Origin: Marsupella aquatica
Taxonomy: Eukaryota; Plantae; Marchantiophyta
Assembly (NCBI GenBank): GCA_973895155.1
Contig: OZ316896.1
Coordinates: forward strand, 4,303,595-4,367,594
DNA length: 64,000 bases
Direction of reading: 5' to 3'
Both the position numbers and the translations under genes were made by a program. Positions 50,646 through 62,949 of the stretch are shown one piece after another. The notes beneath the pieces are model-generated. The model was not told the origin of the DNA. It searched no databases and saw only the letters and a program-made list of their open reading frames with translations. Within the stretch, counting starts at the first letter, position 1. Every line of letters starts with the position of its first letter.

Positions 50646-52365
50646 GTCATCAAAAAACTGCCTAGTGAGACTAAGGTCCAACTCGCATGTGGGGGACCTT
50701 GCCCCTTATCTCCAGCGAAACATTAGACGAAAAGTTCTCAAGGATCAGAAGAGAATCGGGTGAAGTGCAACGTGGGCTCCGCATAAGGCAGCTCGTGTCC
50801 CTGTTTGTCGGTTACTGGGCCTGAGTTATACAAGGTACAGTTTGCAGGGTCATCATGACCCACAGCAAATGTGGAGAAGCAAAGATTGACACCATCGAGT
50901 GTGCTCCGTGTGCTCTGCACATGCTCACTCCTGCGCATGTATTTTGAAGCCGAATCCAACCACGAACTGACATTGGATTCTTCCTTCTCGAGACAAGAAT
51001 TCACTCCATCCGCTGCACTGAAATACAAGCTCATAAGTGGAAGCATTACCATCCTTTAGCATCAAGGACGGCGACTCCAAGTGGTCGGTTCACTTAGGCA
51101 GCACAGAGCTCACCCTGAGGTTAATGTTCGAAGCTTTTCTCTAATTTAGACCAGCAGTTTTGTGATTTACGCTGCCTTCGATTCAAAGTTGTGCTGGAGA
51201 CTTTTGCTTCCCTGCGAAGCTGCTGTTAGCTAGTATCGTTCTGACATGGTGAATGGAGGTTTCTATTTCGTCTGAGCAGTGGAGCTAGGTCACTGACCCT
51301 GATTTGTAATCCCGTCGCTGGCCTACTAGTTTCTTACTTTTCTCCTCTCAACGCCTGTCTTCGATCTGGCGTTCCAGACTCTTGTCCTCCACATTAATCC
51401 TTGAAACAGGATTCCAAATTATGTCACAGCTACTGCATTACTTTTGGGTAATCCGTCTACCTTTGGTTGCTTTCTTGAGAGTCTAATATGCATCCTCCTG
51501 TGGTCAAAAGTTACAATTGACGAAACTGTAAACATTCAGGACTAACTAGGCAGTTCAATGTAATTGTAAAGCTCCTTCTCAATTGAGCTGCACCTGAAGA
51601 GTAATCAGTGAAGGATGCAATCCCGATCAGAAGTTGAAAGCAGGATGCGGGGTTGATCCTGCTTCACTCTCAGTTTGAAGATGCACCTTGGAGCTCGGTG
51701 GCTCTATTGTGGAAGTTGGCGAGAGTTGGCTTGTTGGGTGGCTCGCTTCTCCTGGCAAGCTTGGAGACAGTAGACATGGTCTTTACTCGTGAGCTTGGAG
51801 ACAATAGACATACTCTTTACTTAATGGATAACTCCAAACATCTTCTGCTCACTTGTGCACTGCTTGTGTCAAGAAAACGTGCAGTGTCTGCATCTATCCC
51901 CCAAATTGGCCCATCCTTCATCCAAACATACTGTCATTTGATTATCACTCGCTGTGAGCTCCTGTGATTTTATTAGTAGTCGCGAGATTAGACTTCACGA
52001 AATTCACGTTTCTACTATTGGACAAGGCTAGTTTTGGAAGGGATCAATCCTTGTCCAGGTCATCAGTTTCAGCTGCAAACAGGATGCATATGCGCAATTA
52101 GCCATACATTCAATTTCACTCAAGTTCCACATGTAAGTCCACTACCATTCATTTGGGTGGATAAAAGTACACTACCATTCACTTGGGTTGATAGTCTAAA
52201 CAAATCTTCCCCGTACATAAAGTAAGTGCACTCATTTAGCACATCATCATAGTGTCTTCCTATAAAATTGCAACCTATACACCCAGCGCATTACATGTAA
52301 TAGTGCTATCCAATTCCATGCATTATGCCATGCATAAATTACATGAGCCCTGACAATCATATGTG

Positions 52366-52472
52366 ACTCTCACTAGTATCTAATAACTAAGTAGAGGTGA
52401 AGTGGAATTCTTTGTTCCTACTCTCACTAATATCTAATAACTAAGTAGAGGTGAAGTGGAATTCTTTGTTCC
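52366..52472. repeat. Tandem duplication, 2 x 54 bp
   Basis: ACTCTCACTARTATCTAATAACTAAGTAGAGGTGAAGTGGAATTCTTTGTTCC at 52366 and 52420. Confidence 0.9.
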
Positions 52473-52603
52473 AACAGAAAATCTCACTTTCAGTTGTCTT
52501 TCCGCATTATCATTGTTATTGTCTCATTTTGTTTCTTTATGTGTATCTTTCATTGTTCTGATTTTTTTTCCTCATTCATTCGGCTTCTTTTCATGGATGC
52601 TTT

Positions 52604-53870
52604 ATGCAGGTTGTTTCACTTGCAACGATTTCAAAAATTGTTCTTTTTAATGAGGAATGGGAAATCATTTGTTCAACAATTCTCATGTTCCAGCAAGTGC
52701 TCTTGCAGCAGATGCACTTGTCAGGTCTTGTTGCTAACTATTATGTGGAACACAGGCCGGTGTCGGGTGAAGTGGACGGTACACTCTTTGCAAACTTGTT
52801 TCTACTAAGTATGTTAGACTATTCAACTTGCATTTTCCAGAGATATCGCCTCTTGTCCAAAAATTATATTGAGCCAAGATCAAGAGAATAGAGTGGGTGG
52901 TACCTTATGCATGTCATCGAAGACAATCCAATTCGCTTCAAGAATTTGTTTCGGGTTTCACCTGCAACATTTGTGTACATTTGTGACCTGGTCCAAAGAG
53001 ATATGACTATACAACCCCCGCCTGGCCTACGCAATCTAACCAACTGGACATCGTCAGTTGAGCGACAAGTTGTCATAGTACTGCGCAGACTTAGCACATC
53101 ATCACTGCCGGTGGGTGTCTGTTGTTGACATTGAAAGTATTTCCAAATTTTTGCGGTGCAATTGATGCCACTCATTTTCAAGTGGAGGACACTCTTGGGA
53201 CGAATTCCACTGAATATTGTGACTACAGGTATGGTCAAAGCATTTCCATGCAAGTTGTTTGTTATAGCTGACTTCAATTTTTAGATGTGTTTGCAGGTTG
53301 GCCTGACAGCATTCAAGACTCTCACCTTCTAAGAGTGTCGGGTTCTTATAACAATGTTGTGGGGCGCCACACAAAACTCTCGGGTCCGGCGTTTACGACT
53401 CCAACTGGATTCACTGCAGGGGAGTGTATTATTGGTGATGTTGGTTACCCTGTTTATCCTTGGTTGCCTAACCCTTTTCTTGGGGCAAGAGAGCATACCA
53501 GGAAGAGAAAATTCAACTGTAACTACATGTTTAGCTCAACCAGGATGTGCATGCAGCGTGCTTTTGGCCAATTAAAGAATAGCTGGAGATTTGTTTCTCG
53601 CAAATGTTTTGACCACATCCTTATCAACAAACTCACTATATTACTTGTGTATGTATTCTTCATAATATTCGTATTGACCGCAGAGATATATATGATCCAA
53701 CATGGGATTTAGACCCAAACTGGCCCTACAATCTTGGAGGTCCTCCAGTTGCACAAATGAATTATAATAATGGGCATAGCCATTGTATTGCAATGAGGGA
53801 CCATTTTTTGCTTGAGAGAGAGTGGGAGCATGATCATTGTGCTACCCACGGAGATAACACATTGTGATCA
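52604..53870 (+). pseudogene. PIF/Harbinger DDE transposase (HARBI1/ALP1-like) pseudogene
   Basis: FKNLFRVSPATF.YICDLV, SVERQV.I.LRRL, FPNFCGAIDATH, FAGWPDS.QD, IIGDVGYP and SSTRMC.QRAFGQLK.SWR motifs, with stops and frameshifts. Confidence 0.9.
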
Positions 53871-54039
53871 CAACGGTTTCCAGGAATGTTTTGGGCATAT
53901 TAGAAATAAAGTTTAAAATTGATATGTGCTTTAAAGTGTTATCATGGTTTGTTTGTAGTTTCATGTACTAATTGTGCATTGAATACACTGCATATCCTAG
54001 AGTTCTTGCTTATGTACACAAACTAAGTAGGTGATACTC

Positions 54040-55176
54040 TACTCCAAAGGTCGTGAAGAACTTGCAACCTTCTCCATAAGGACATCAATCAAACTTGTCA
54101 TATGCTCGATTGTCGTGCTTGTTGCAGTGGTAATTGTTTTGGCCAAAACAACTGCTTCATGCTCTTGGATTTGACACTCACGTTCTCAGATTTCAAAATC
54201 ACGCTTGGCCATCTCAGCACAAGTGTTGGCCGTGTTTTTCAGAAGTGCCTGTTTGTTGCTCCCATACTTGGTTGCCTTTTGCTTCACACTTCAATTGCGC
54301 AGCCCAGAGAATTCATGAAGGGATGATGGTCTTTGCATACCACCTGTATTTCGATGTTGTGTTGCGCACTCTCTTTTGTTGCCCCTAAGAAGTGTGTTTG
54401 GCTTGATGGTGCAGACTTGTCTTTGTCAACCTTGACATATTCATCACCTATAAAATATGTTAGTGTTTGCATTTAGTATACCAAAGAGGAAAATGAAGAA
54501 TGTAAAAAAACGTAGGCAATCCATCACAGTGAAAGAAATTAGTTGCATAATCCAAATGAAAAAAACATTCATCATGAATGGAACAGATTTCTCACTTGAA
54601 GATGACAAGTTAAATGGATCTTGGTCAGGGTTTTGGTTCATCCTGGAGGTATTAGATAGAAACTTGGTCGATGGGGTGATGCGGGGAATATTTGCACACC
54701 ATGTCAAGAGTTTTCTGTATAGATCAAAAGAAAATTTAGTGAGTAACTCCGACGTCACTCCTTGTCAACCATGTCAAAGTAAGATATCTCTCTTGTCTTC
54801 TCCAATTTCTCATAATCGTGAATCTTTTTGGATTTTTCCTCAATAATCTACCATTTTCTCTTGCAAGAGGATTTATCTCATGGGTTGAGTGGATCCCTCA
54901 TCCTCTAAAAATGTTGCCATTGCCTTCCATTTCAATTTGTTGTTGCTCATCTTCAGTTGTGTACAACCTTCCATGACAATATCAAAGTGTTCATTCCGTT
55001 TGGCTGCAATCAAACCTTTCATCTCCTCATCTGTCCAATCAGGCAGTATTCTTCCGTTTAGGTTGTGGTGCAGGAGTGGGACCTAGGCCAATGTTGAGAT
55101 CCAAGTCAATGAATGGCACACCTTCTCGTGTAGGGGCTCTTGGGCCTGGACCATAACTCGCATTTTGGCTCGCCAT
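54040..55176 (-). pseudogene. Harbinger accessory Myb/SANT(trihelix)-like DNA-binding protein remnant, convergent with the transposase
   Basis: PDWTDEEIKGLIAAKR...KWKAMATFL helix motifs near 55040-54910 and a downstream coiled-coil-like exon (~54445-54040). The two-ORF layout is typical of PIF/Harbinger. Confidence 0.7.
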
Positions 55177-55308
55177 CTAAAGGCTCACAATAGTATGCAA
55201 TTCAAAGGAACATTGTAATCATTTCGACAAGGCATAATGCACAACAAATTGGCATAATGGATACATGTTATTCAAGTCGAAATACAAAGAAGATGCAGAT
55301 CTGTATGA

Positions 55309-58300
55309 TGTTGAGCATAGACGACATTCGTAACGGCAAGCCCATAAACCATCCAACGCACAATAGTCGACACAGAGAGATACATGGTTCACCTCCACAT
55401 GAGGCTACGTCCACGGGAACACACAAGAGCTTTACTACACTCTAGACCGACCGGCCATACCAAGCATCCACAGCACAAGCTCTCCCTATCTCTCAACTAG
55501 CTCTGTAACAATGAGCCTAAGTTCCACCAAGGTCTGGCATCAGCCTTGGCTATATGCACACCAGCTACCGCTAACATTAGCTAAGTCCTAACCTGAGTTA
55601 GACTAACTATGGTTAGCTCATGAGTCACAAGACTAGAGCAATATCTAACAAACTCCCCCTTGACTCTTGTCTTGGGGACTGGACTAAATGCTACCATATG
55701 GAATCCTCAGCGGGAAGTTCTAGACAATCATCAAACCAGGTCTCCCCCTAAAAACCACAAGGGTTAACTAAGGGTTAACTAGAACTAAGCCGTAGCCAAA
55801 CAGGAATGAGTAATCCATATACAAATAGTCACACATTGCTAAATAACTCTACTTGCACTACAACTGCAAAACCTGCAAAGTAGCACGGTGTCTTGAGAAA
55901 CTCTCCAAAGGAATCACTTTGGTAAAGGCATCAGCGGGATTGAGCTTTCCATCAATCTTGACTAGCTCAAAAGTTTTATCAGACACTGCTTTCCTGATAA
56001 AATGGTACCTGATATCAATGTGCTTCACCCTGCTATCCATCACCTGGTTAGCAGCCAAGTAAAGATCACTCTGACTATCACAGTTTAGAGTCATTTTTCC
56101 ATGCTCTAAACCCATCTCCGCGATAAACTTATCCAACAAAATTGCTTCCTTTGCTGCTTCTGCTGCTGCAACGTACTCTGTTTCTATAGTAGACTGAGAT
56201 ATGCACTTCTGCAAGGTAGATTTCCAACTGATACATCCTCCTCCAAGAGTGTATACAAACCCAGTTGTAGACCTCCTTGTATCTAGACAGCCTCCATAGT
56301 CAGAATCTACATAGCCAACTAACGTTCTATCTGATCTATTATCAAATAGTAATCCATAGTCCCGTGTTCCCTTCACATACCTGAGAATCCATTTCACAGC
56401 TTCCCAGTGTACCTTCCCTGGATTTGACATGAATCTGCTAACCTTGCCCATCGCTAGGGCCAAGTCAGGCCTAGTACAAGTCATCAAATACATCAGACTG
56501 CCTACTGCCTTCTCATAAGGAATCTTAGCCATTAGACCTTTCTCCACAGCATCCGTAGGAGAGAAAGCCGATGATAACTTGAAATGTGAAGCTAAAGGAA
56601 TACTCACTGACTTACAGTTTTCCATGTTGAATCGTGCAAGTACTTTCCTCGCATACTGGCCTTGACTCAAGCACAACTGTCCAGTATCAGAGTTCCTAAA
56701 AATCTCCATCCCTAAGATCCTCTTGGCCTTACCAAGATCCTTCATCCTGAATTCAACACTCAATTTTGCCTTGAGACTGTCAACCTTAGATTGATCTTTA
56801 GCCACAATCAGCTTGTCATCCACATAGATCACCAGAATGATGAAACCAAATACATCATTCTTGACTGATTTCATATACACACAATGATCATACACCAGCC
56901 TTGTAAAACCTTGAGCAAGCATGAAATCATCAAACCGCTTGTTCCACTGTCTGGGAGACTGCTTCAATCCATACAAGGACTTGAGCAATCTGCAACTAAG
57001 TTCTCTTGGCCCTTCTTCATAAAGCCTAGTGGCTGTCTCATGAAGATCAACTCTTCCAAGTTGCCATAGATAAAAGCAGTAACAACATCCATCTGATCCA
57101 TCACCAGACCAAAAAACACAACAAGCTGACACAAGATCCGTATTATGGAATACTTAGCCACCAGTGAAAAGACCTCATTGTAGTCCACTCCTTTCTCCTG
57201 AGTGAATCCCTTGGCAACAAGCCTTGCCTTGTAGATCTTATCTCCACCCTCTGAAGGACTGTCCTTCAACTTGTAAATCCGCTTGCTGTCCACCACTTGC
57301 TGACCTCTTGGAAGCTCCACTAGCTCCCATGTCTTGTTGTCACTCAAAGATTACAACTCCCTCTACATTGCTGCATTCCACTCATGCTTCTGTTCTGAAG
57401 CACAAGCCTCATTGTACGAAGAAGGCTCTCCTTCTTCCAAGATCAAAGCCATATCATCATCATCAAGTGCAATGTCAATGTCATCTAGCTTAGATGAGTC
57501 TGCCCATTGACCATACCTGGTAGGAGCTCTAGTAGAACGCCTGGAAGTTCTTCTAGTAGATGACTCTGGCTGATCTGTTGCTGCTGCTGGTTGAATTTGA
57601 GGTACCCCAGCAACAATCTGCTCCTCTTGTTCCATCACAGGAACCAGCTCCAAGCCCAAAGCTTCTCCATCTCTCCTGTCATGAACAGCATCATGACTAA
57701 TCTCCCCCTCAACCCGGTTCGGGATGGGAGATTTCCCCTTGTCAGTATGGGAGTCCTGAGAACTCTCCCCCTCCTTTGATGATCTGGAATCATTAAAGGA
57801 CACATCTCTACTGACAATTAGTTTACAGGTTACTGGATCCCATAACCTATAACCCTTCACACCATTCTGATAGCCAAGGAAAATGCACTTCTTTGACTTG
57901 GACTCCAGCTTGGATCGAAGCTGGGAAGGTGTAAGCACATAAGCATCACATCCAGAAATCCTCAGATGTGAGTAATCTACTGGACACTTGTACCTCATTT
58001 CAAATGGCGTCTTGAATCCAATAGAACTGGATGGAGAAAAATTTACCAAATAAGCTACAGTGTTGACAGCTTCAGCCCAAAACTCATGTGGTAAGCATGA
58101 TTGACTCAACATACTCCTCGAGCGGTCCAATAATGTTCGGTTGAGTCTCTCAGAAACACCATTCTGCTTAGGAGTATAACTTGTTGTGAGATGGCGGGTA
58201 ATCCCCTGCTCCTTACAATACGTTCCAAATTCTCCGGAACTGTATTCACCGCCGTTATCCAATCGAAGATATCTCACCTTATTACTAGTCTGATTCTCAA

Positions 58301-61300
58301 CTTGGGTTTTTCACTCCTTAAAAGTGGCAAAAACATCAGACTTATTGTGTAGAAAGTATATCCACATATACCTTGAGTAATCGTCTATGAACGTGACATA
58401 GTATAACCGTCCAGAATATGAGGGAGTAGGGGCTGGACCCCACACATCACTATGTACATACTCAAGTACCTCCTTGCTGGTGTGAGTTCCAACTCCGAAG
58501 GGTTTCCTGTGCTGCTTCCCAAGCACACAATGCTCACAAAATTCCAACTTACAAGATTGCAAATTAGAAAGCAATCCTTTCTTCTGAAGAATAACCAAAC
58601 CTTTTTCACTCATGTGGCCCAAACGGAAGTGTCACAGCCGGGCCGTCTCCTCATGAGATAAGGTTATATTGGCTTCATCACAAACAACACTGCCCTCCAA
58701 AACGTATAGATTGTTATGTCTCTTTCCCTTCAATACAACTTTAGTACCAGTTGAAACCTGAAGGACACCATTAGCAGAACTCCACTGATGGCCATTTGCC
58801 TCTAAAACTCCAAGTGAAATGAGATTTTTCATCATGCTGGGAATATGTCTCACATTCCTCAACGTTCTCACAGCACCATCAAACATCTGAAATCTTACAG
58901 ATCCAAGTCCAACAACTTGACATGGGATTCCATTTCCCATCAACACTGACCCGTTGGAAACCGTGTAAGTCAGAACAGAAAAAATCTCTCATAGAGCAAA
59001 TGTGAAAAGTACATGCACTATCTAGAATCCAATCATCACTACCTGGATTTGACATTACATTGAGAGCATAACATTGACATCACAATATGTCATCATCATT
59101 GAGTAAATCTACCTCATGCGAGCTCGATGCCGCGTTAGCAGAGGCAGTAGGGACCTTTACTCGACAATCCCTTTTCATGTGGCCAGGCTTGCCACAATTC
59201 CAACATGCAAGAGGCTTCCTCTCTTGCAATTTCCCTCTGGATTTAGATCTCCCCCGTGATGTAGATCTAAACCTGTTCTGCCCATTCGTGCGCTGCGATG
59301 CTCTTCCCCTGTTCACATTGAGCGCAGTGCTAGAAGAAGATATTGTCTATGATTGACCCAGCTTCTTCTGAGCATCATCAGACAGTAATGAGCTCACCAC
59401 CTCATTATACGAAATGGACTTCAGATCTCTATACAAGAGCACTTGTTTCAAACCCTGATATGACGGCGGTAAGGAGCTTAGCAGAAGCAAGGCCTTATCC
59501 GTATCTTCAACTCCTTTTCCCAGGTTTGACAGATCCACTGCCAGACTGTCAAACTCATCCAGGTGATCCTGCATCTTGCTCCCTTCTTTGAGCCTGAGGC
59601 TCATCAAGAGAGACTTCTTGTACAGCCGGTCTGATGCATCTTCCCAGTAGTACTTCTCTCTTAGAGCCTTGAACAGTGACGCGCAATCCGCATAATCATC
59701 CAGCTGCTTGATGATGTGCGGCTTGAGATATAGCATCACTGCATTGACAGCAATCACCTGCTCCTGTTTCCACTATCTCACAGAAATCTCCTCATCTCCA
59801 TCATACTGCTCTCGCGATGAAAGCAGATGAGCTAAGCCCATGGCTCGTAGAACACCCTTCACTTGCTTCTCCCAGAGCAAGTAATCAGTACGACCATCGT
59901 ACTTCTCCACCTCACACTTCACTCCTCCGAATCTAACCATCTCCCTCTTCTTCACTACTACCGATAGCTCTGGTAGTAGTACAGCTTCCTCCACTGCACG
60001 CCGCACCGGTGATCATACCTGTGATACTAGTTCCTCCTCAAACGGTAGCAGTTCCTCCTCAGACTCTCCGTTTGACCGTTGCGATCCTGAAGCTCCACCG
60101 ACGCCAATTCTTCCAGTATCCTCTGAGTCACTCATATGAAACAATCACAAAAAAACGCCTTTTTTGAAACTTCTCATAAAACTCAAAACTCAACACCGCC
60201 GCGTAGCCCATGAAGCTAGGAGTCCAATACTGAAAGCCGAAATCAAAATCAAAATTCGACTAAAAAGTTATTCCAATTTTGATCGGGGTGGGTAAAACCT
60301 TGGGAAACTCCCCCGTTTTGACCACCTCGGAGAATAACCAAAATACCCAGTACAACCCATCGTCGGAATCGTGATGTGATCGGTGCGTCGCGTTGCTAGC
60401 TCCAGTGGCAACGTCCTCACCAAAAAAGAACCAAAAAAGTTACCGTTCGGTGGACGAAATCTTTTTCGGACGGCCAAAAAACAGCTCTCTATTTTTCAGG
60501 AATATTCCCGCATAGTCCAACAGGGCTCACAGGGGGCCGTTCCCCCTATCCAAGCGATTAAAATGGAGGGCGGCAGGTCCCGGCACGAAGGGAAAACAAG
60601 AGGAAGGAAAAACGGCTTAAAATAGGTCCTTAAAGGGGGTGCTAGGCCCCTTAAAACCAAAAATACAGGTATAAGACAAAAGGCGCATCCGCGTATAGGC
60701 GACGCGAGGTGGGCCAGGGGGAATACAGGGCGTCGAGGCAAGGGTCGGGAGTATGGCAGGGGCGTATCGGGCCGCGTATAGGCGGCGCACAACAATGAAG
60801 GGCCGGGCCGGGGTTTAATCCAAGTCGCAACGCGACTTTGCGACTATCGGGGGGGCAATCGCCGGCTGCAATGGGCGTAAAGGGGCAGGGTGAGCGCAAG
60901 GCCGGCTCGCGAAGGGCTAGTCGGGGGTGAAAGGCCAGCTCGCGAAGGGCTGGTCGAAGGGTGAAAGGCCGGCGCGGGGAGTAAAAAACAAAATTCAGGC
61001 CGGGGCGTGCGCCGTTTTGGCGCTACATGAAGCAGCCGACCACTGCTACGACCAAGTGTATGCGGGAGGGAGGGGGCCGTCAAGGGGGTTCGGGGGTAAG
61101 AGGTCGGGAGGTTACGAGGTGTGTATACACACACCAACAACCCCTCTTAAACCAGAAAAAATAGCCCTTAAAAAATGGCCGTGTTACAAACCTTGTCGCT
61201 CCCGCATTACACAAGCAAAGTGAACACCGTTGACGGGAAAAAATTGCCAAATTGCACCGGCAAAGTCTGCAGCTCTAGCAGAGGAAACACTTTCGGTCAC

Positions 61301-61842
61301 GTCACCTTCACTCCGCGTCAAGTGTCAATCCCGGACTCAAAATGACCGCTTCGCCGCGATCTCTTCGTTGAGCCGTAGCACTTCGAGTTTCTTCCACCGA
61401 GTTGGACGTCACGAAGAGAAACCCAGTTACCAGGTTACGATCCTGGGACCTGTTACAAAAAAAACCTCGTCACCTCCCAAGCATGCTCTGATACCACTTG
61501 TTGAGCATAGACGACATTCGTAACGGCAAGCCCATAAACCATCCAACGCACAATAGTCGACACAGAGAGATACATGGTTCACCTCCACATGAGGCTACGT
61601 CCACGGGAACACACAAGAGCTTTACTGCACTCTAGGCCGACCGGCCATACCAAGCATCCACAACACAAGCTCTCCCTATCTCTCAACTAGCTCTGTAACA
61701 ATGAGCCTAAGTTCCACCAAGGTCTGGCATCAGCCCTGGCTATATGCACACGAGCACTACCGCTAACATTAGCTAAGTCCTAACCCGAGTTAGACAAACT
61801 ATGGTTAGCTCATGAGTCACAAGACTAGAGGAATATCTAACA
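55309..61842 (-). mobile_element. Full-length Ty1/copia LTR retrotransposon (6.5 kb), coding region inactivated
   Basis: LTRs at 61499-61842 and 55309-55650 (TG..CA; 8 substitutions and one 2-bp indel by manual alignment). TSD TATGA (55304-55308 / 61843-61847). PBS TGGTATCAGAGC (tRNA-iMet, 61496-61485). PPT AAGGGGGAGTT (55661-55651). Confidence 0.98.
55858..60135 (-). pseudogene. Copia gag-pol polyprotein (gag, Zn knuckle, protease, integrase, RT, RNase H) with in-frame stops and frameshifts
   Basis: EKYDG..DY.LW, CWNCGKPGHMKRDC, WILDSA, GHMSE..CEHC, HSDVWGP, DNGGEY, QNGVSERLNRTL, YKARLVAKGFTQ, SLYGLKQSPRQW, YVDD, GYVDSDY, KHIDIRYHFIR and ADAFTK motifs. Confidence 0.97.
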
Positions 61843-62949
61843 TATGAAAGTGTAGTGGTACATAAGTACAACAAACCTTTATTAAAGTGTACAGTTGAAC
61901 AAAACTTTAATAAAGCTTTGAGTAGCTACAAAGTATGTCCAAGCAAAAGCAGAACAACTATTCTGGACATAAAGACAAGGTACTGTTTCTGTAGGCAAGG
62001 CCCAAGGCCTAGAGAATCACTCTATACACAAATTTCCATCCTGGGCCTCAAAGGAGTAGCATCTTGGCCATGCACTCTTGGCCCTGTGGGATTGCACACG
62101 TTGGGTGTAGTAGACACTAAGACAAGTGCACATTTTCCCTTTCCCCACAGTTGTCTATCCTGGATCTATGTTGGGTTCTACTTTCCTTGTGGTGCGTCCC
62201 ATGGCTCCCTAAACCCAAGAAACCCCCCAGCTCAAGCCGATTCCCGCAGGTTTCGCGCTTGGCGAGGCCGTTTCCGCGGCTTAGCGGCATGGGACGCTAC
62301 TAACCTCCTTCTACTATTACTATTAGCCTTTTACACACATATACTGGACAAATCCTTCATCGGGTCATGAGATACGTAGCCGGCCTAATCTAGGCCTTCC
62401 CTTGTCTTCCTCTCCTTCTGGTTAGGTATGTTTGGATTCCGCCGCCGGAATGATCCCCAATAGGCTTGGTTAAGCCGCTAAGACCTCTCTCAGCTCGACA
62501 CATCCAACTCTCACTCCCTTGCTTACTTTCCTTCCTTCTGGTTGATGTGGGCACTCTTCACACAAGTTAATGCGACACACAAATAGCAAAATGACTCCTT
62601 CTGACTGAGTCATACCATGCACTTGTCATACAAACAGTATATCTCATACACAAGTTCTGCGAACTAAGCCGTGAGGCCAACTCTATTCAGCTCTTAGGCA
62701 TGAGGAAACATGAATATACACAAGGTCACGGTATGACTAACCGAGAGCTTCTCTTACTACTTGATCCCAGCCCGGCTGGTGCAAACTAAAAACTTGCTAA
62801 AGAAGAGGCCCTGAGCTCCCCGCTGCCCAGGTACTTATCCTGGTAGTGGATCCTCCTAATTCTTTGCAGCGTAAGCCTAACCTACCTAACAGTAATCTAC
62901 CTGCCCGAATCTACCTATGTACAGCAAGGCAGGAGCACAAGTGTTGCTC

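Noticed and set aside
61485-61496. tRNA-Met-like sequence
   Set aside because: It is the 12-nt copia PBS, not a tRNA gene; no cloverleaf or A/B boxes.
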